Both the position numbers and the translations under genes were made by a program. Positions 8,666 through 18,501 of a DNA stretch of 64,000 bases are shown one piece after another. The first letter of the stretch is position 1, and each line of letters opens with the position of its first letter. Below the pieces are notes generated by a model, which searched no databases, was not told the origin of the DNA, and was given only the letters and a program-made list of their open reading frames with translations. Where the stretch lies: positions 124,001 through 188,000 of the IMG/VR virus record IMGVR_UViG_3300031997_000001, one strand, 5' to 3'.

Positions 8666-9587
8666 TCTTTCCCCCAGTAGCTGGCGGCGCCGGGTCCCCC
8701 CACCCATCTGTGGCGCCGCCGGCGTATCCGCAACACTTCAGAATGAGCTCCGCCCTGTTCTCCCAGGCATGGTTCGTCAGGATGTGGTGTCTTACCTTGC
8801 TTGCAATGAACTCCCGCTCGACGAAATGACGCAGGTAGAATTCGATCTTGGCATCCAGGTCCGCATCGTTCTTCCAGAGCATCTCGTCCAGTTCTGGCAG
8901 GTTGATGAGCGCGCGCAGGTCGTCATTCCAGTTCGCCAGCATGAATGCCCCGCAGCCTAGGATCTCGAAGTATTTGGCATTGATGTCGTAGCTCTTGGTC
9001 TTGTTAAAGCAGATCTTGGCCGACTGCATGGCCCTCACGTAGTCGGGGCCATAAGCCACGACGTGCTTCATCCTATATCTGTTGACGTAAGGCACCCTGT
9101 CCGGCGTCAGGCTTCCAGCTAGGATGATAGGGTCGATCCTCTCGGTCTCCAGGTCTACGCCATGATGCTTGCGAGAAGCGGCATAGGGCAGCCAGAACGA
9201 GTTCTTGAACTTGCTGGTATCCTTGGGGTTGTTGCAAGCTACCCAGTCGAAATTGCCTCTCTGGGTGAGATCGACGTAGTTGTGGGCGATGCCGCAGTCC
9301 GTCAGGTGGGTGTCGATCGCCCAGAAGACCTTAGGCGTCTTAACGTACTTCCAGTCGTTCCACCAGTCGAAGCCGGCCCAGTCCTTATCCGGATAGTTCT
9401 CTGTCGCTATGATTAAGTCGAAGCCGGGGGCTAATAGAAGAATGTCCTTGGGTGGAAACGGGCAACCAGGGCCTGCTATGGCGGCAGTATGGCCTAGGTT
9501 TTCGAATGCATAGAGAAGCTCCCACCCTTCCTTCCAATTGGCGTGCGGCTGACCTGTAAGCGTGCGGTCAACGAGCAGGATGCGCAT
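8640..9587 (-). CDS. Glycosyltransferase (CgeB/GT1-2-like)
   Basis: WAIDTH, WLPYAA, KICFN...INAKYFEILGCGAFML, HAWENRAE. Confidence 0.8.
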   Translation of the reverse strand: MRILLVDRTLTGQPHANWKEGWELLYAFENLGHTAAIAGPGCPFPPKDILLLAPGFDLIIATENYPDKDWAGFDWWNDWKYVKTPKVFWAIDTHLTDCGIAHNYVDLTQRGNFDWVACNNPKDTSKFKNSFWLPYAASRKHHGVDLETERIDPIILAGSLTPDRVPYVNRYRMKHVVAYGPDYVRAMQSAKICFNKTKSYDINAKYFEILGCGAFMLANWNDDLRALINLPELDEMLWKNDADLDAKIEFYLRHFVEREFIASKVRHHILTNHAWENRAELILKCCGYAGGATDGWGDPAPPATGGKTIEASRRP

Positions 9588-9601
9588 GGACGTGAAATAC
9601 T

Positions 9602-10045
9602 CTATTCCATACTCTGGTCGACGAGCTTCTTCCACACGTTGCGGGCGATGTTCGGATCCATCAGGAAGTCCAGGATGTGCTTCTCATCCCTGTTGTCTAT
9701 GTCCTGGACCCTGAATGCCTTCTTGATGGCGAGCATGTCGAAGCGGTCTATCATCTCCTGCGTCTTTATCTTGCCGTTCGGGAGGACGATCTGGACGAAC
9801 TTCTTGATGCCGATCTTTCCTTCCTGCTCGTCCACTTTCATGCCGATCTTGAGCGTGCGCCTGCTTCCATCCAGACCCTGAAAGGCCAGCGTCGCGAACG
9901 GACTCCCGTCCTCGTCCTTCGAGTACTGCCAGTCAGGCCCGCGCCAGTCACCCTGTCCCTGGGTTTCTGGCTCAGTCTCTATCTGAGCTGCGATCTCTTC
10001 CGGGGTGGGCATTTTTTCTGCCATGGGTCCCTCGTGTTCTGTCAT
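9602..10045 (-). CDS. Hypothetical protein
   Basis: ORF with phage-like codon use. Confidence 0.65.
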   Translation of the reverse strand: MTEHEGPMAEKMPTPEEIAAQIETEPETQGQGDWRGPDWQYSKDEDGSPFATLAFQGLDGSRRTLKIGMKVDEQEGKIGIKKFVQIVLPNGKIKTQEMIDRFDMLAIKKAFRVQDIDNRDEKHILDFLMDPNIARNVWKKLVDQSME

Positions 10046-10138
10046 AGATTTGATCGTGCAAATCTACTATAAGATGAGCATAGGCCAGCAAATAGGGGCG
10101 ATTGGGGCGCTAGTATTTATAGCGATAGCGCTGTTTTT

Positions 10139-13100
10139 GTGGCGGTGGTGGAGGGGTGGGGAATGAGCCAAGACATGTCCGATAACCTGTGGCCTTCCCC
10201 AGAAGCCATTGCTTCCATTCTAGAAGCAGACCAGCTTACGACGAGCATAAAAGACGTACCGACTCCGGAAGTCATAAAGCCGGAGAGTCAGAAAACTGGT
10301 CAAGGTGAACAGAACCTTGCGCAAGCATGGCTTCTCGCCTGGCGAGAGCTCCTCTGGCAGCAATTCCAGGAAAACGCCAGGATCGGCAAAATGCCCCTGG
10401 AGAAGGCGATAAAAGACTATTCGGATGCCGTCTCGACTGCCCAAAAGAAGGCTACCGTACATTTCTTCGCTGGCGTGACATATGATGCCATTTCGAATGA
10501 AATCACGAAAGCAAGAGTTAGCGGCGACACGGAGAGGGTCAAGAAGTTCGAAGGCGAGCTTCAGAAATATCAGGATACGGTCAAGAAGCTAGTGAAGGAA
10601 GAACTGCCAGACTGGGATGCCAAGGCGATCAGCATCATTGAGAAACTGCCAGACATAAGGACTCTGATTAGTCAGGTCGTAATCGACGACATCAACCGGC
10701 TCAGGGACGAGCTTGGCAAGCAGGAGGACGAAATCGGCGCGATCATCGTACAACTCATGTCCGGGGACACCTTAGAAAAGAAGTTCGGCGACTTCGTAAA
10801 GAGGCTGGAAGAGAAGCTCAAGGCTGACGACAGGATCAAGAACTACGTCCAAGCCATAAACTGGGAGGAGCTTCGGAAGAAGGCCATCAAGCACACTATG
10901 CCGCAGGTGACCCTGACGAAGACTGGAGAATATGCGCCAGGCTCCAAGGAAGCAGAGGATCTTGCAAAGGCTAATGCAGATTTTGACAAGCTGACGCAAA
11001 GCCTGGGCGGGAGAGGCTTAGGTTCCGATCCAGGCTTAGGTTCCGACCCAGTGAGAGTCTTCGCAATCGACGACCAAGGCAACCAGAATAATCGCAGTTA
11101 TGCTACGAGCCATCGCGATAAGATCCACACACAAGCCATAAGGGACATCGTCGCAGAGATCATCGACGGCGTGGGAACCGATAAGTCGCTCATACCTGGC
11201 GACGTCAGGGCGAAGACGGAAGCGGGGAAGCCGGTTAAGACTACGGAGCCGGGGTCCCGGTTTTCCATCGACGCAAAGCCGGAGGAGATCGCCAGCCGCG
11301 CCGTCCGGACTATTGACTACGGCAGGGAAGGGGCGGAGGCTCGCAGGCGCGAGGAGAGAGAGGGGAAGCCGCTTGAAGGCGACAAGTTCGCCAAGGATCT
11401 CACCGGCGCCGTCTATCGCGTCTCGATACCGTTCACGCAGGACGGCAGGGCCAGGACGCTCCGGGCTTATGTATGCCTCGCCCAGCCCAGGAAAGAACTG
11501 AGCCCGGAGGCGAAGGCGAAGATCGACCCTTACGCCATAATCCGGGACAGGCTTGCCCCAGGTGAAGCATCGGCCCTTCAGGTCTACGTCTATTACGACG
11601 GCAAGATGGTCAGCAACGACTCGACGACCGGCATGGATCTCGGAGAGCCTCTGAAGAAAGTAAGCGGGTCCCTAGCCTTTAAGGACCCCAAAGAAGTCAT
11701 GGCAGACGTTGCCATGAAGCTCCTCGTCGGAAAGCGACACGAGGTTACGCCGGACATCTCCAAGGAAGAGATCAAGAAGCAAGCACGGGAGATAAGCGCG
11801 AAGGACGAAAGCGGTGCCCCGGGTAAGGGTGGATATGGCATCTGGCGCGTGGACGTCCCTTATTCGTGGATCGACTTCGACGACCCCAACGTCCTGGCCA
11901 TGAAGAGGCCAGAATCCAGTGGCAGAAAGAGGACTGCCCCACAGGCCTTGCAGCCCAAAGGTCGCGCTGAGACAGTCGGAAGGCATGCCGTCTCCAAGAA
12001 GACGCCGACTGACGAGCTGCCGGGCGAAGACAGCGGGTTAGCCGCGGCCAGAAAGACGGAAACGGTCCAGCTCTACATCAACTTCGGCAAGCTTTCTGAT
12101 CAGGAAGCTCGGAAACTCATTGACCGCGACGCAGGCAAGAAGGACATCCCCGGCGTCTCTACGTCGACATACGTGCAAGCGCAGGGGATGACCAACGCCT
12201 GGTACTGGCAGCAGAAGGTGGGCGGCCACGTCCAGGAAGTCGTCTGGGATGCCGGCGAAGAGTCGGATCCCAAGCTATCGGGATCGAAATCAAGAAAGGC
12301 GGTCCAAGCGAATGCGGTGCCAATCCCGGAGAAGATCTTCACCACACATAAGGACAATCCGAAGAAGATCGTCCAGCTCGTTGCCTTGCAAGTCTCCCAT
12401 ACGCTTGGTATCGACGATGGCGAGATCATCCTAGATAAGGGACTGCCTGGAAAGGTCTGGCAGGGTCCAACAAAAACGCCACGAGAGCCAGAGCCCAACG
12501 TCATCCGGATCGGCATCCGGCACTCTGCTAGAAGCGGTAAGACTGAAACCAAGGCAGCCCAGGCGCCATACAGGCTGTCGGACGACGAACGGAAGATCCT
12601 TCAGGCTGGTGAGGAGGCCGCGGAAAGGCTGCGCGCGAGATGGGATGCTGGCAAGTCCAAAATGTCCGAGGAGGAGAGGAACGAAGCGCTCCACCTCCTC
12701 AGGCGCGCCCTCGAGGTTGGCAAGAAGACAAAGGGCGACATGGCGTCTGTTGAAGGCGGTCTTGACCTTCCGGAAGAGTTTGCCTGGACCATGGTCTACG
12801 TGGCTAAGGATCCTGGAGATCCCGCGAGCGTCCAAGCTGCCCGCGATCTGGCCAAGAAGGACTATGCCGCAGAACGAAAAGAATGGGAAGCGGGAGAAGA
12901 AGAAAGCAGGTGGAAGTCAAAATCCGCCGAAGAGAAACACGCCCAGAAACTCGCCAAGATGGGCGATGCGTTGAAGCGGGCGGAAGATGAGGAATTGAGG
13001 GGAGGAGATCCTGATGAACTTGACGCGTCTGATGATAGTGGGGTTGACGTACCGGATGCCGGTGGTGCCGAAGTCCCTGCCAAGGCGCTTCCTGGCTTCC

Positions 13101-13213
13101 TAAGCGCCCCATCCAAGGGCGTTGGTGAAAGCAAGGCGTTCCTTGAGGCTTCCCGCCTTATCTCTGAATCCAAGGAGCTGATCCGAAGGCTTAGAGGGCG
13201 TGTCCGGAGGTAG
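10139..13213 (+). CDS. Very large charged protein, possibly head-internal/virion (true start may be 10163 or 10175)
   Basis: 1024-aa K/E/D-rich ORF opposite to flanking genes. Confidence 0.7.
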   Translation: MAVVEGWGMSQDMSDNLWPSPEAIASILEADQLTTSIKDVPTPEVIKPESQKTGQGEQNLAQAWLLAWRELLWQQFQENARIGKMPLEKAIKDYSDAVSTAQKKATVHFFAGVTYDAISNEITKARVSGDTERVKKFEGELQKYQDTVKKLVKEELPDWDAKAISIIEKLPDIRTLISQVVIDDINRLRDELGKQEDEIGAIIVQLMSGDTLEKKFGDFVKRLEEKLKADDRIKNYVQAINWEELRKKAIKHTMPQVTLTKTGEYAPGSKEAEDLAKANADFDKLTQSLGGRGLGSDPGLGSDPVRVFAIDDQGNQNNRSYATSHRDKIHTQAIRDIVAEIIDGVGTDKSLIPGDVRAKTEAGKPVKTTEPGSRFSIDAKPEEIASRAVRTIDYGREGAEARRREEREGKPLEGDKFAKDLTGAVYRVSIPFTQDGRARTLRAYVCLAQPRKELSPEAKAKIDPYAIIRDRLAPGEASALQVYVYYDGKMVSNDSTTGMDLGEPLKKVSGSLAFKDPKEVMADVAMKLLVGKRHEVTPDISKEEIKKQAREISAKDESGAPGKGGYGIWRVDVPYSWIDFDDPNVLAMKRPESSGRKRTAPQALQPKGRAETVGRHAVSKKTPTDELPGEDSGLAAARKTETVQLYINFGKLSDQEARKLIDRDAGKKDIPGVSTSTYVQAQGMTNAWYWQQKVGGHVQEVVWDAGEESDPKLSGSKSRKAVQANAVPIPEKIFTTHKDNPKKIVQLVALQVSHTLGIDDGEIILDKGLPGKVWQGPTKTPREPEPNVIRIGIRHSARSGKTETKAAQAPYRLSDDERKILQAGEEAAERLRARWDAGKSKMSEEERNEALHLLRRALEVGKKTKGDMASVEGGLDLPEEFAWTMVYVAKDPGDPASVQAARDLAKKDYAAERKEWEAGEEESRWKSKSAEEKHAQKLAKMGDALKRAEDEELRGGDPDELDASDDSGVDVPDAGGAEVPAKALPGFLSAPSKGVGESKAFLEASRLISESKELIRRLRGRVRR
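11014..11049 (+). repeat. 18-bp tandem repeat (GLGSDP x2)
   Basis: AGGCTTAGGTTCCGA(T/C)CC twice. Confidence 0.85.
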
Positions 13214-13290
13214 TTCGGAGGGTCCCGAGGCCTCGATTATCTGATAGTATCTGAAATGCGCGTGGAGGGCAACGAGGGTGTCAGGGCGTG

Positions 13291-13857
13291 TCAGGGAAGG
13301 CCGAAAGCGCCGTCCAACTTGTCTTCGAACGGGTCGATAGTCTTGCCGAAGAGTTTCTGCTTCCCCTTCTCCTCTTTACCTTGCTCCTTGCACAGGTCGC
13401 ACCCCGGATAGGTTCTCTTGTTCTGAATGTGGTACCAGTGGGCGGCTTTCATCTGCTCTTGCGCCATATCAGCGTCGTATGCCTGCCTGGCCTTGCTAGG
13501 TGCGTCTGGCTTCCTGATGGCGTTCTTGCCGAGCGGAACGAAGATTCTCCATTCCTTCAGGCCGAGCTTCACCGGCCAACTGATGCGTACCAACCAGATG
13601 CCATTGGCGTCTTCGGATAGCTCTACGTCGTCGGAAGCCTTAATTTCCCTGCGCGCGAATTCCATCATGATCAGATTAGCTACCTTCCGCACGAACTGTT
13701 CTACATTGCCGTCGTCGATGCCCTCTATGTCCTTTTCGCTCAGGTTCTTTATGCGGACGTCTCGGCCGATGGTCGTATTGCCAAAGGGAATCTCGGTCTT
13801 CTGGAGCTCGTAGGCGTAGACCTTGAACCAATCCGCGGGTGGCCTTGCTTCTGGCAT
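13291..13857 (-). CDS. Hypothetical protein
   Basis: 188-aa ORF, HxxH..CxxC. Confidence 0.65.
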   Translation of the reverse strand: MPEARPPADWFKVYAYELQKTEIPFGNTTIGRDVRIKNLSEKDIEGIDDGNVEQFVRKVANLIMMEFARREIKASDDVELSEDANGIWLVRISWPVKLGLKEWRIFVPLGKNAIRKPDAPSKARQAYDADMAQEQMKAAHWYHIQNKRTYPGCDLCKEQGKEEKGKQKLFGKTIDPFEDKLDGAFGLP

Positions 13858-13877
13858 GCTGTATATTTTACTGCGGA

Positions 13878-14513
13878 CTAAATTAGGATGACTCCGGAGG
13901 GCGGCTTCTTGAAGTGTACGATGGTGTCCCTGACTTCCGGGACCAGGTCTACGAAGTCCATGAATCCGGCGTCAAGTATGGCTTGCTTGACCAGTTCGAG
14001 GTCCTGGTAGAACCAGGGACACTGATCCGGAGGAAAGACTGCCCCTTTATCCACTTGGATGAGATTAGGATGCTTCTGCCAGTTGCCGAACATGCATACC
14101 AGATTGGCGCCTCTCTTCGTAACCCTAAACAGACTCTTCAAATATTCACGCACCGCATCCATTGTCAAATGACAGAAGCACCCGAAGCTCCACACGAAAT
14201 CGACGCTGTTATCCGCCACACCTAGGCAGGAGAAATTCCTGTCCGGGAGCTCAATATACTCAACGTTCGGGAGTTGGGCAATCCAGTCAGATTTAGGTAT
14301 TACATCCAGACAGATGACCTTCTTGAAGTTCGGACTTAAGCAGTTCTGAGTCCAGACACCACGACCGCATCCGACTTCCAAGGCGACGTGTTGCTTGTTG
14401 CAGAACGGCGTAACGGTCGTCTTTATGAAGTCGCTTACGGGCATCGTATACGGCCACTGCTCGACGTAGCCGATGCCCCAGGCCTTTATGAAGCAATCTT
14501 TTGGCGTGTCCAT
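13878..14513 (-). CDS. Class I SAM-dependent methyltransferase
   Basis: ALEVGCGRG; SVDFVWSFGCFCHL. Confidence 0.85.
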   Translation of the reverse strand: MDTPKDCFIKAWGIGYVEQWPYTMPVSDFIKTTVTPFCNKQHVALEVGCGRGVWTQNCLSPNFKKVICLDVIPKSDWIAQLPNVEYIELPDRNFSCLGVADNSVDFVWSFGCFCHLTMDAVREYLKSLFRVTKRGANLVCMFGNWQKHPNLIQVDKGAVFPPDQCPWFYQDLELVKQAILDAGFMDFVDLVPEVRDTIVHFKKPPSGVILI

Positions 14514-15304
14514 TAGAATGGCGTCAAGACAGAGGGTGCCGCGTCATATTTCTTCTTAAGCTCTATCCAGGTCGGCGACAGGAGCCACTCCGTAGACTCC
14601 TTAAATGGCAGGCCTGTGTAGAACTTATACTCGCCGCAGTATTTGCAGAAATTTTGAAGTTGGATGTCCTTCCTGGCCTTGAAATCTTGAAGGTTCTTAA
14701 CGCCAAGGTCCAGGCCTAGCACCTTGTCGATCGTAGCCGCCGGCGGGCAGACGTAAAAGCCGTACTTGTTGACGCAAATCGGGCAGTCCCGAATGATGCC
14801 ACACCCTTCTGAGAAATCGCGACCTGCGAGTTCCGGCACGTCCACGGGCGCTATATACATCGTCTTATGTGCCGGGATCGCCTTATACTTCTCGGAATCT
14901 ATGACGTAATCGAATGCCGGGTCAGTCATGTCCAGTGGCCCGCAATTGCAGACTCTCCAGTTTCCAGTAGCGAAGATGGCTTGCTGGAGAGCCGGGTCGA
15001 CTCGGATGCCGTTGGATTGCATACAAATCTGAAAGCCTATCCTGCTTTTGTATCCCTGGACTAGTTTGATGGCTTCTACGAGGCGCGGGTGTAGGGTCGG
15101 TTCGCCGCCAGTCAAGAATATCCGCTTGAGCTCCCATTTCTCCGTAACGAACTGGTTGAGGATCCTATCAAGCTGTTCCAAGGTCATGTTGCAGTCGTCG
15201 TACGTGAACTTGCTGACGCCGGCAAGACAGTTCCCACAGGCAAGGTTGCACCTGTAGGTGAGCATGACGCTGAGTTCCCACCACTTAACCGTATAGGATA
15301 TCAT
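14513..15304 (-). CDS. Radical SAM protein
   Basis: CNLACGNC; LTGGEPTLHP. Confidence 0.9.
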   Translation of the reverse strand: MISYTVKWWELSVMLTYRCNLACGNCLAGVSKFTYDDCNMTLEQLDRILNQFVTEKWELKRIFLTGGEPTLHPRLVEAIKLVQGYKSRIGFQICMQSNGIRVDPALQQAIFATGNWRVCNCGPLDMTDPAFDYVIDSEKYKAIPAHKTMYIAPVDVPELAGRDFSEGCGIIRDCPICVNKYGFYVCPPAATIDKVLGLDLGVKNLQDFKARKDIQLQNFCKYCGEYKFYTGLPFKESTEWLLSPTWIELKKKYDAAPSVLTPF

Positions 15305-15308
15305 GGAT

Positions 15309-16103
15309 TTAGAATAATGTCAGGGCTGGAGGCGCAGTGTCGTACTTCTTCTTGAGCTCTACCCAAGTCGGCGACATAAGCCATTGTCTTGATTCGGAGA
15401 ATGGTAACTTGGTGTAAAACTTGTATTCCCCACAATATTTACAAAATTGTTGAAGTTGTGCTTTTGCTTTATCGCCTTGTATAAACTCTTTGAGATCCTT
15501 GATGCCAGCGTCTAATCCTAGAATTCTATCAACCGTTTGGAGGCCCACGCATATATAATAGCCGTATTTATTCAACACGACTGGGCATTCGGTTAGTATG
15601 GGGCATCCAGCCGAAAAATCTTTATTGGCGAGCTCAGGGACGTCCATGGGCGCAACGTACATCGTTTTTAGCGCAGGTACGCCAGCACTTTTGTTAGAAT
15701 TCACTATCAAATCAGTCTTGACCCTAAGGTGCGTCCCGTCCACGCCGCATGTACCCCAATTTCCAAGGTTCATGATGGCCTTCTGCATCGCCAGGTTGTT
15801 TACCCCGTTTGTTGCTATGAGGATTTGGTGCCCCAAAGCAGGCTGGTATTTTCTAAATAGGTTTAGGATCTCAAGAAACTGTGGGTGGAGAGTACACTCT
15901 CCGCCGCATAGCCATATCTTGTTCCATTTCCAACTATTGTCTTTTGTCTGCTGAAAAAGCTTCTCTATTTGTTCCAACGACATGTCGTCTGCGCCGCCAC
16001 GTGTGAATCTGCCGCAGCCGGCTATACAATTTCCACATGAGAGATTACATCGATACGTAAGCATTATCATTAGATCCCGCCAGTTTATGGGGTATGTATC
16101 CAT
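15309..16103 (-). CDS. Radical SAM protein (paralog of neighbour)
   Basis: CNLSCGNC; GGECTLHP; shared FCKYCGEYKFYT..SPTW.ELKKKYD. Confidence 0.9.
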   Translation of the reverse strand: MDTYPINWRDLMIMLTYRCNLSCGNCIAGCGRFTRGGADDMSLEQIEKLFQQTKDNSWKWNKIWLCGGECTLHPQFLEILNLFRKYQPALGHQILIATNGVNNLAMQKAIMNLGNWGTCGVDGTHLRVKTDLIVNSNKSAGVPALKTMYVAPMDVPELANKDFSAGCPILTECPVVLNKYGYYICVGLQTVDRILGLDAGIKDLKEFIQGDKAKAQLQQFCKYCGEYKFYTKLPFSESRQWLMSPTWVELKKKYDTAPPALTLF

Positions 16104-16105
16104 AT

Positions 16106-16240
16106 CTAATCGTCTCCTGTCAGATCAACAATAGTTAAGTAATCCGGTGTCCATAGGATTACTGATCCAGAGATTACTTCCATACTGTTCGGCTTTAGGG
16201 AAAGCAAAGCCATCAACCATAGAAATCCACGCCGGGTCAT
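16106..16240 (-). CDS. Small protein with twin-arginine-like N-terminus
   Basis: MTRRGFLWLMALL; ATGA coupling. Confidence 0.45.
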   Translation of the reverse strand: MTRRGFLWLMALLSLKPNSMEVISGSVILWTPDYLTIVDLTGDD

Positions 16241-16644
16241 AAAACAGGCCTTGCTTTTATGAGTTTGATGATCTTGGCAGGATTCCCCACAACGACAACA
16301 AATGGCGGCACATCCTTTGTGATCACTGAGCCAGCACCTACAACGGAATGCTTTCCGATACGGCAAGGTCCAACGATGATGCATCCACTAGCAATCCAAA
16401 CGCCTTCCTCGATGATGATGTTTCTGTTCTTCTTTATGGCTAATTGTCTAGCCGCCCCAAACTGTTCGTAATCATGCGCGCCAGTCAACAACATGGTGTT
16501 ATGAGCAATAGAAGCATAGGCATCAATTTGAACGTAGCCAGAAGAAACGTTTATGAGAACATCGGCTAAAGCTGCTGTTGGGTGTATTTTGACGTCCGCA
16601 GCAGAACCCCCCATAATCTTCCATATTCTAGGGATGCAAACCAT
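16237..16644 (-). CDS. Hexapeptide-repeat acyltransferase
   Basis: IEEGVWIASGCII...IGKHSVVGAGSVITKDVPP...GNPAK. Confidence 0.9.
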   Translation of the reverse strand: MVCIPRIWKIMGGSAADVKIHPTAALADVLINVSSGYVQIDAYASIAHNTMLLTGAHDYEQFGAARQLAIKKNRNIIIEEGVWIASGCIIVGPCRIGKHSVVGAGSVITKDVPPFVVVVGNPAKIIKLIKARPVL

Positions 16645-16652
16645 AGGTACCC

Positions 16653-17273
16653 CTACAATTTCGTGAACTCGAACTTATGATCCTCTCCGCTCCCGGTGTG
16701 ACCCAGGCACTTGAAATCGAAGTCTGGACAGAATTGCTTCAGGTCATCGGGCTTGCGGGCCAGCCAGACGTGGCGTTCATTTGGCGGCGCCTGGGTGACT
16801 GGCGTGATGGCGAAGATCTTGCCGCCCTTCGGGATTAACCTCGCCGCGTGTTTGAAGATCGTCACGATGTCGTTGGGCATTAAATGCTCTATGACGTCGA
16901 AGGCGACAATATGATTGATCTCGGTATCTTTCAGAAGACGAAGAAACTGGCTTGCGTCAGTGATAATGACGTCGATCTTGTCCAGTACCGCCTTTGCGTC
17001 TCGCATAAGTGATAGAAGGAAGTGGCCGGCTGCCAGGCTGTAATCTATGGCGAGGACCTTCTTGACGTTCGGATGCCGAGATAGGACGATCGAAATCTCA
17101 CCGCGTCCGAATCCCAGATCTATGACGGTCTGGCCCGGAGCCTTATCAAGCTCCTTATCCACCCAGCCTTCATAGGACTTTAGGCGCTTGCTGAGCTGGC
17201 CAGGCGGAAGCTCCCAGCCCTCGCAGTTCGTCTTGTAGTACGCCTCGTCATAGAGGCTTCTGGGCACTGTCAT
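16653..17273 (-). CDS. Class I SAM methyltransferase
   Basis: VIDLGFGRGE; FDVIEHL. Confidence 0.85.
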   Translation of the reverse strand: MTVPRSLYDEAYYKTNCEGWELPPGQLSKRLKSYEGWVDKELDKAPGQTVIDLGFGRGEISIVLSRHPNVKKVLAIDYSLAAGHFLLSLMRDAKAVLDKIDVIITDASQFLRLLKDTEINHIVAFDVIEHLMPNDIVTIFKHAARLIPKGGKIFAITPVTQAPPNERHVWLARKPDDLKQFCPDFDFKCLGHTGSGEDHKFEFTKL

Positions 17274-17851
17274 AGGCGGACTGCCTTAACGAAGCCCACG
17301 CTCTCCGGAGGATTAATGACCTTGATGATCTTCCAGTCCTTGGAATTTTCTATGATGGGCCGGAGCAACCGCATCTTCTCCGTGTTCCAGTCATGGGCCA
17401 TGAAGATGGACCCAGGATGTAAGAAGGGCTCGAACATGGTGAGTTCCGCTACGGATTCTTCCGCGTTCTCCGCTCCGTCCAGGAACACGATATCCACAGA
17501 CTTGCCAGCTAGTACTGGAGGGAAGACCTGGAGGCTGTTACCCAGATAGAACTTGACAAGGGGGAGCAACTCCGGAAATTCCCGTTGATAATTCTTGACT
17601 GCCTGCCCGTGCATGGCCGCATCGGTTTCTGACGTATGGAGCTCGCCGGAACCGTTCTTCTGGAGACCCTTAGCCAGGAAGAAGGTGCTTCCGCCGCCCA
17701 GCCAAGTCCCGACTTCGAAGATGACCTTTGGTTTGGATTCCAGCACTGTCTCGTACAGGCAGGTCCGATCCGCGTTATAGAGCTGGCCGATCCAGCCCAC
17801 GGCACCTGGAGTCGTGCACATGACGCCATTTGGACAGATCTCGATGGTCAT
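17270..17851 (-). CDS. Class I SAM methyltransferase (Methyltransf_24-like)
   Basis: FEVGTWLGGGST; VDIVFLDG; HD. Confidence 0.85.
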   Translation of the reverse strand: MTIEICPNGVMCTTPGAVGWIGQLYNADRTCLYETVLESKPKVIFEVGTWLGGGSTFFLAKGLQKNGSGELHTSETDAAMHGQAVKNYQREFPELLPLVKFYLGNSLQVFPPVLAGKSVDIVFLDGAENAEESVAELTMFEPFLHPGSIFMAHDWNTEKMRLLRPIIENSKDWKIIKVINPPESVGFVKAVRL

Positions 17852-18501
17852 CTGTTCCTCGTCATGAAGTAGACGACGTAGTTCGTGAGCTTCCCGCCGA
17901 TTGACGTCGGCTCGAGCGTGAAGCCCTGTCGCCGGATGATCTCCGCAAGCTTAGCCGAGCTGAGGGTACTTGCGAAGGCCCCTGCGTGGGCAAGCCCGTC
18001 TGTCGGTATCCAGCGTAGATACTCGTCACCAGGAGTAAGGAACCAGGACACGACCGACAGGAGCTTCGTGCGCTTGAGTAAGTTCTCGAAGGCTTCATAA
18101 CACTTGTCGGCTGCCTGGTGCTCTAGGACTCCTCGCACGTAAGTTATCTCAAACTGTGGATGATCATTGGCGAAGAAATCCTCGGTCTTGAAGTCATATC
18201 CAGGGTAAGTCTTGATCGCGTAATCCACAAACTGTTTCGTAACGTCAAACCCGTGATACTCTATAATCCCATCGTCATGCTTCTCTTTGAAGAAGGCTTC
18301 GAAGTCCCGACACTGACCAAACCCGGCCTCCGCAAGGGACAAGGGGCTAAACCGCGGACTTTTATTGATCCACTGCTTTATCTTCTCGTAGGCGAGGGTC
18401 CTATCTGGCTCTTCGAACGAATAAGCCAGGAAACCTTTCCAATCCTGCTCGCTGATGGGCGCCTGCCAAGCTACCTTGAAGTCCTTGCTCATTTTATCCA
18501 C
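17848..18501 (-). CDS. Class I SAM methyltransferase-like
   Basis: LAEAGFGQ; YHGFDVT; RGVLEHQ. Confidence 0.75.
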   Translation of the reverse strand: MDKMSKDFKVAWQAPISEQDWKGFLAYSFEEPDRTLAYEKIKQWINKSPRFSPLSLAEAGFGQCRDFEAFFKEKHDDGIIEYHGFDVTKQFVDYAIKTYPGYDFKTEDFFANDHPQFEITYVRGVLEHQAADKCYEAFENLLKRTKLLSVVSWFLTPGDEYLRWIPTDGLAHAGAFASTLSSAKLAEIIRRQGFTLEPTSIGGKLTNYVVYFMTRNR

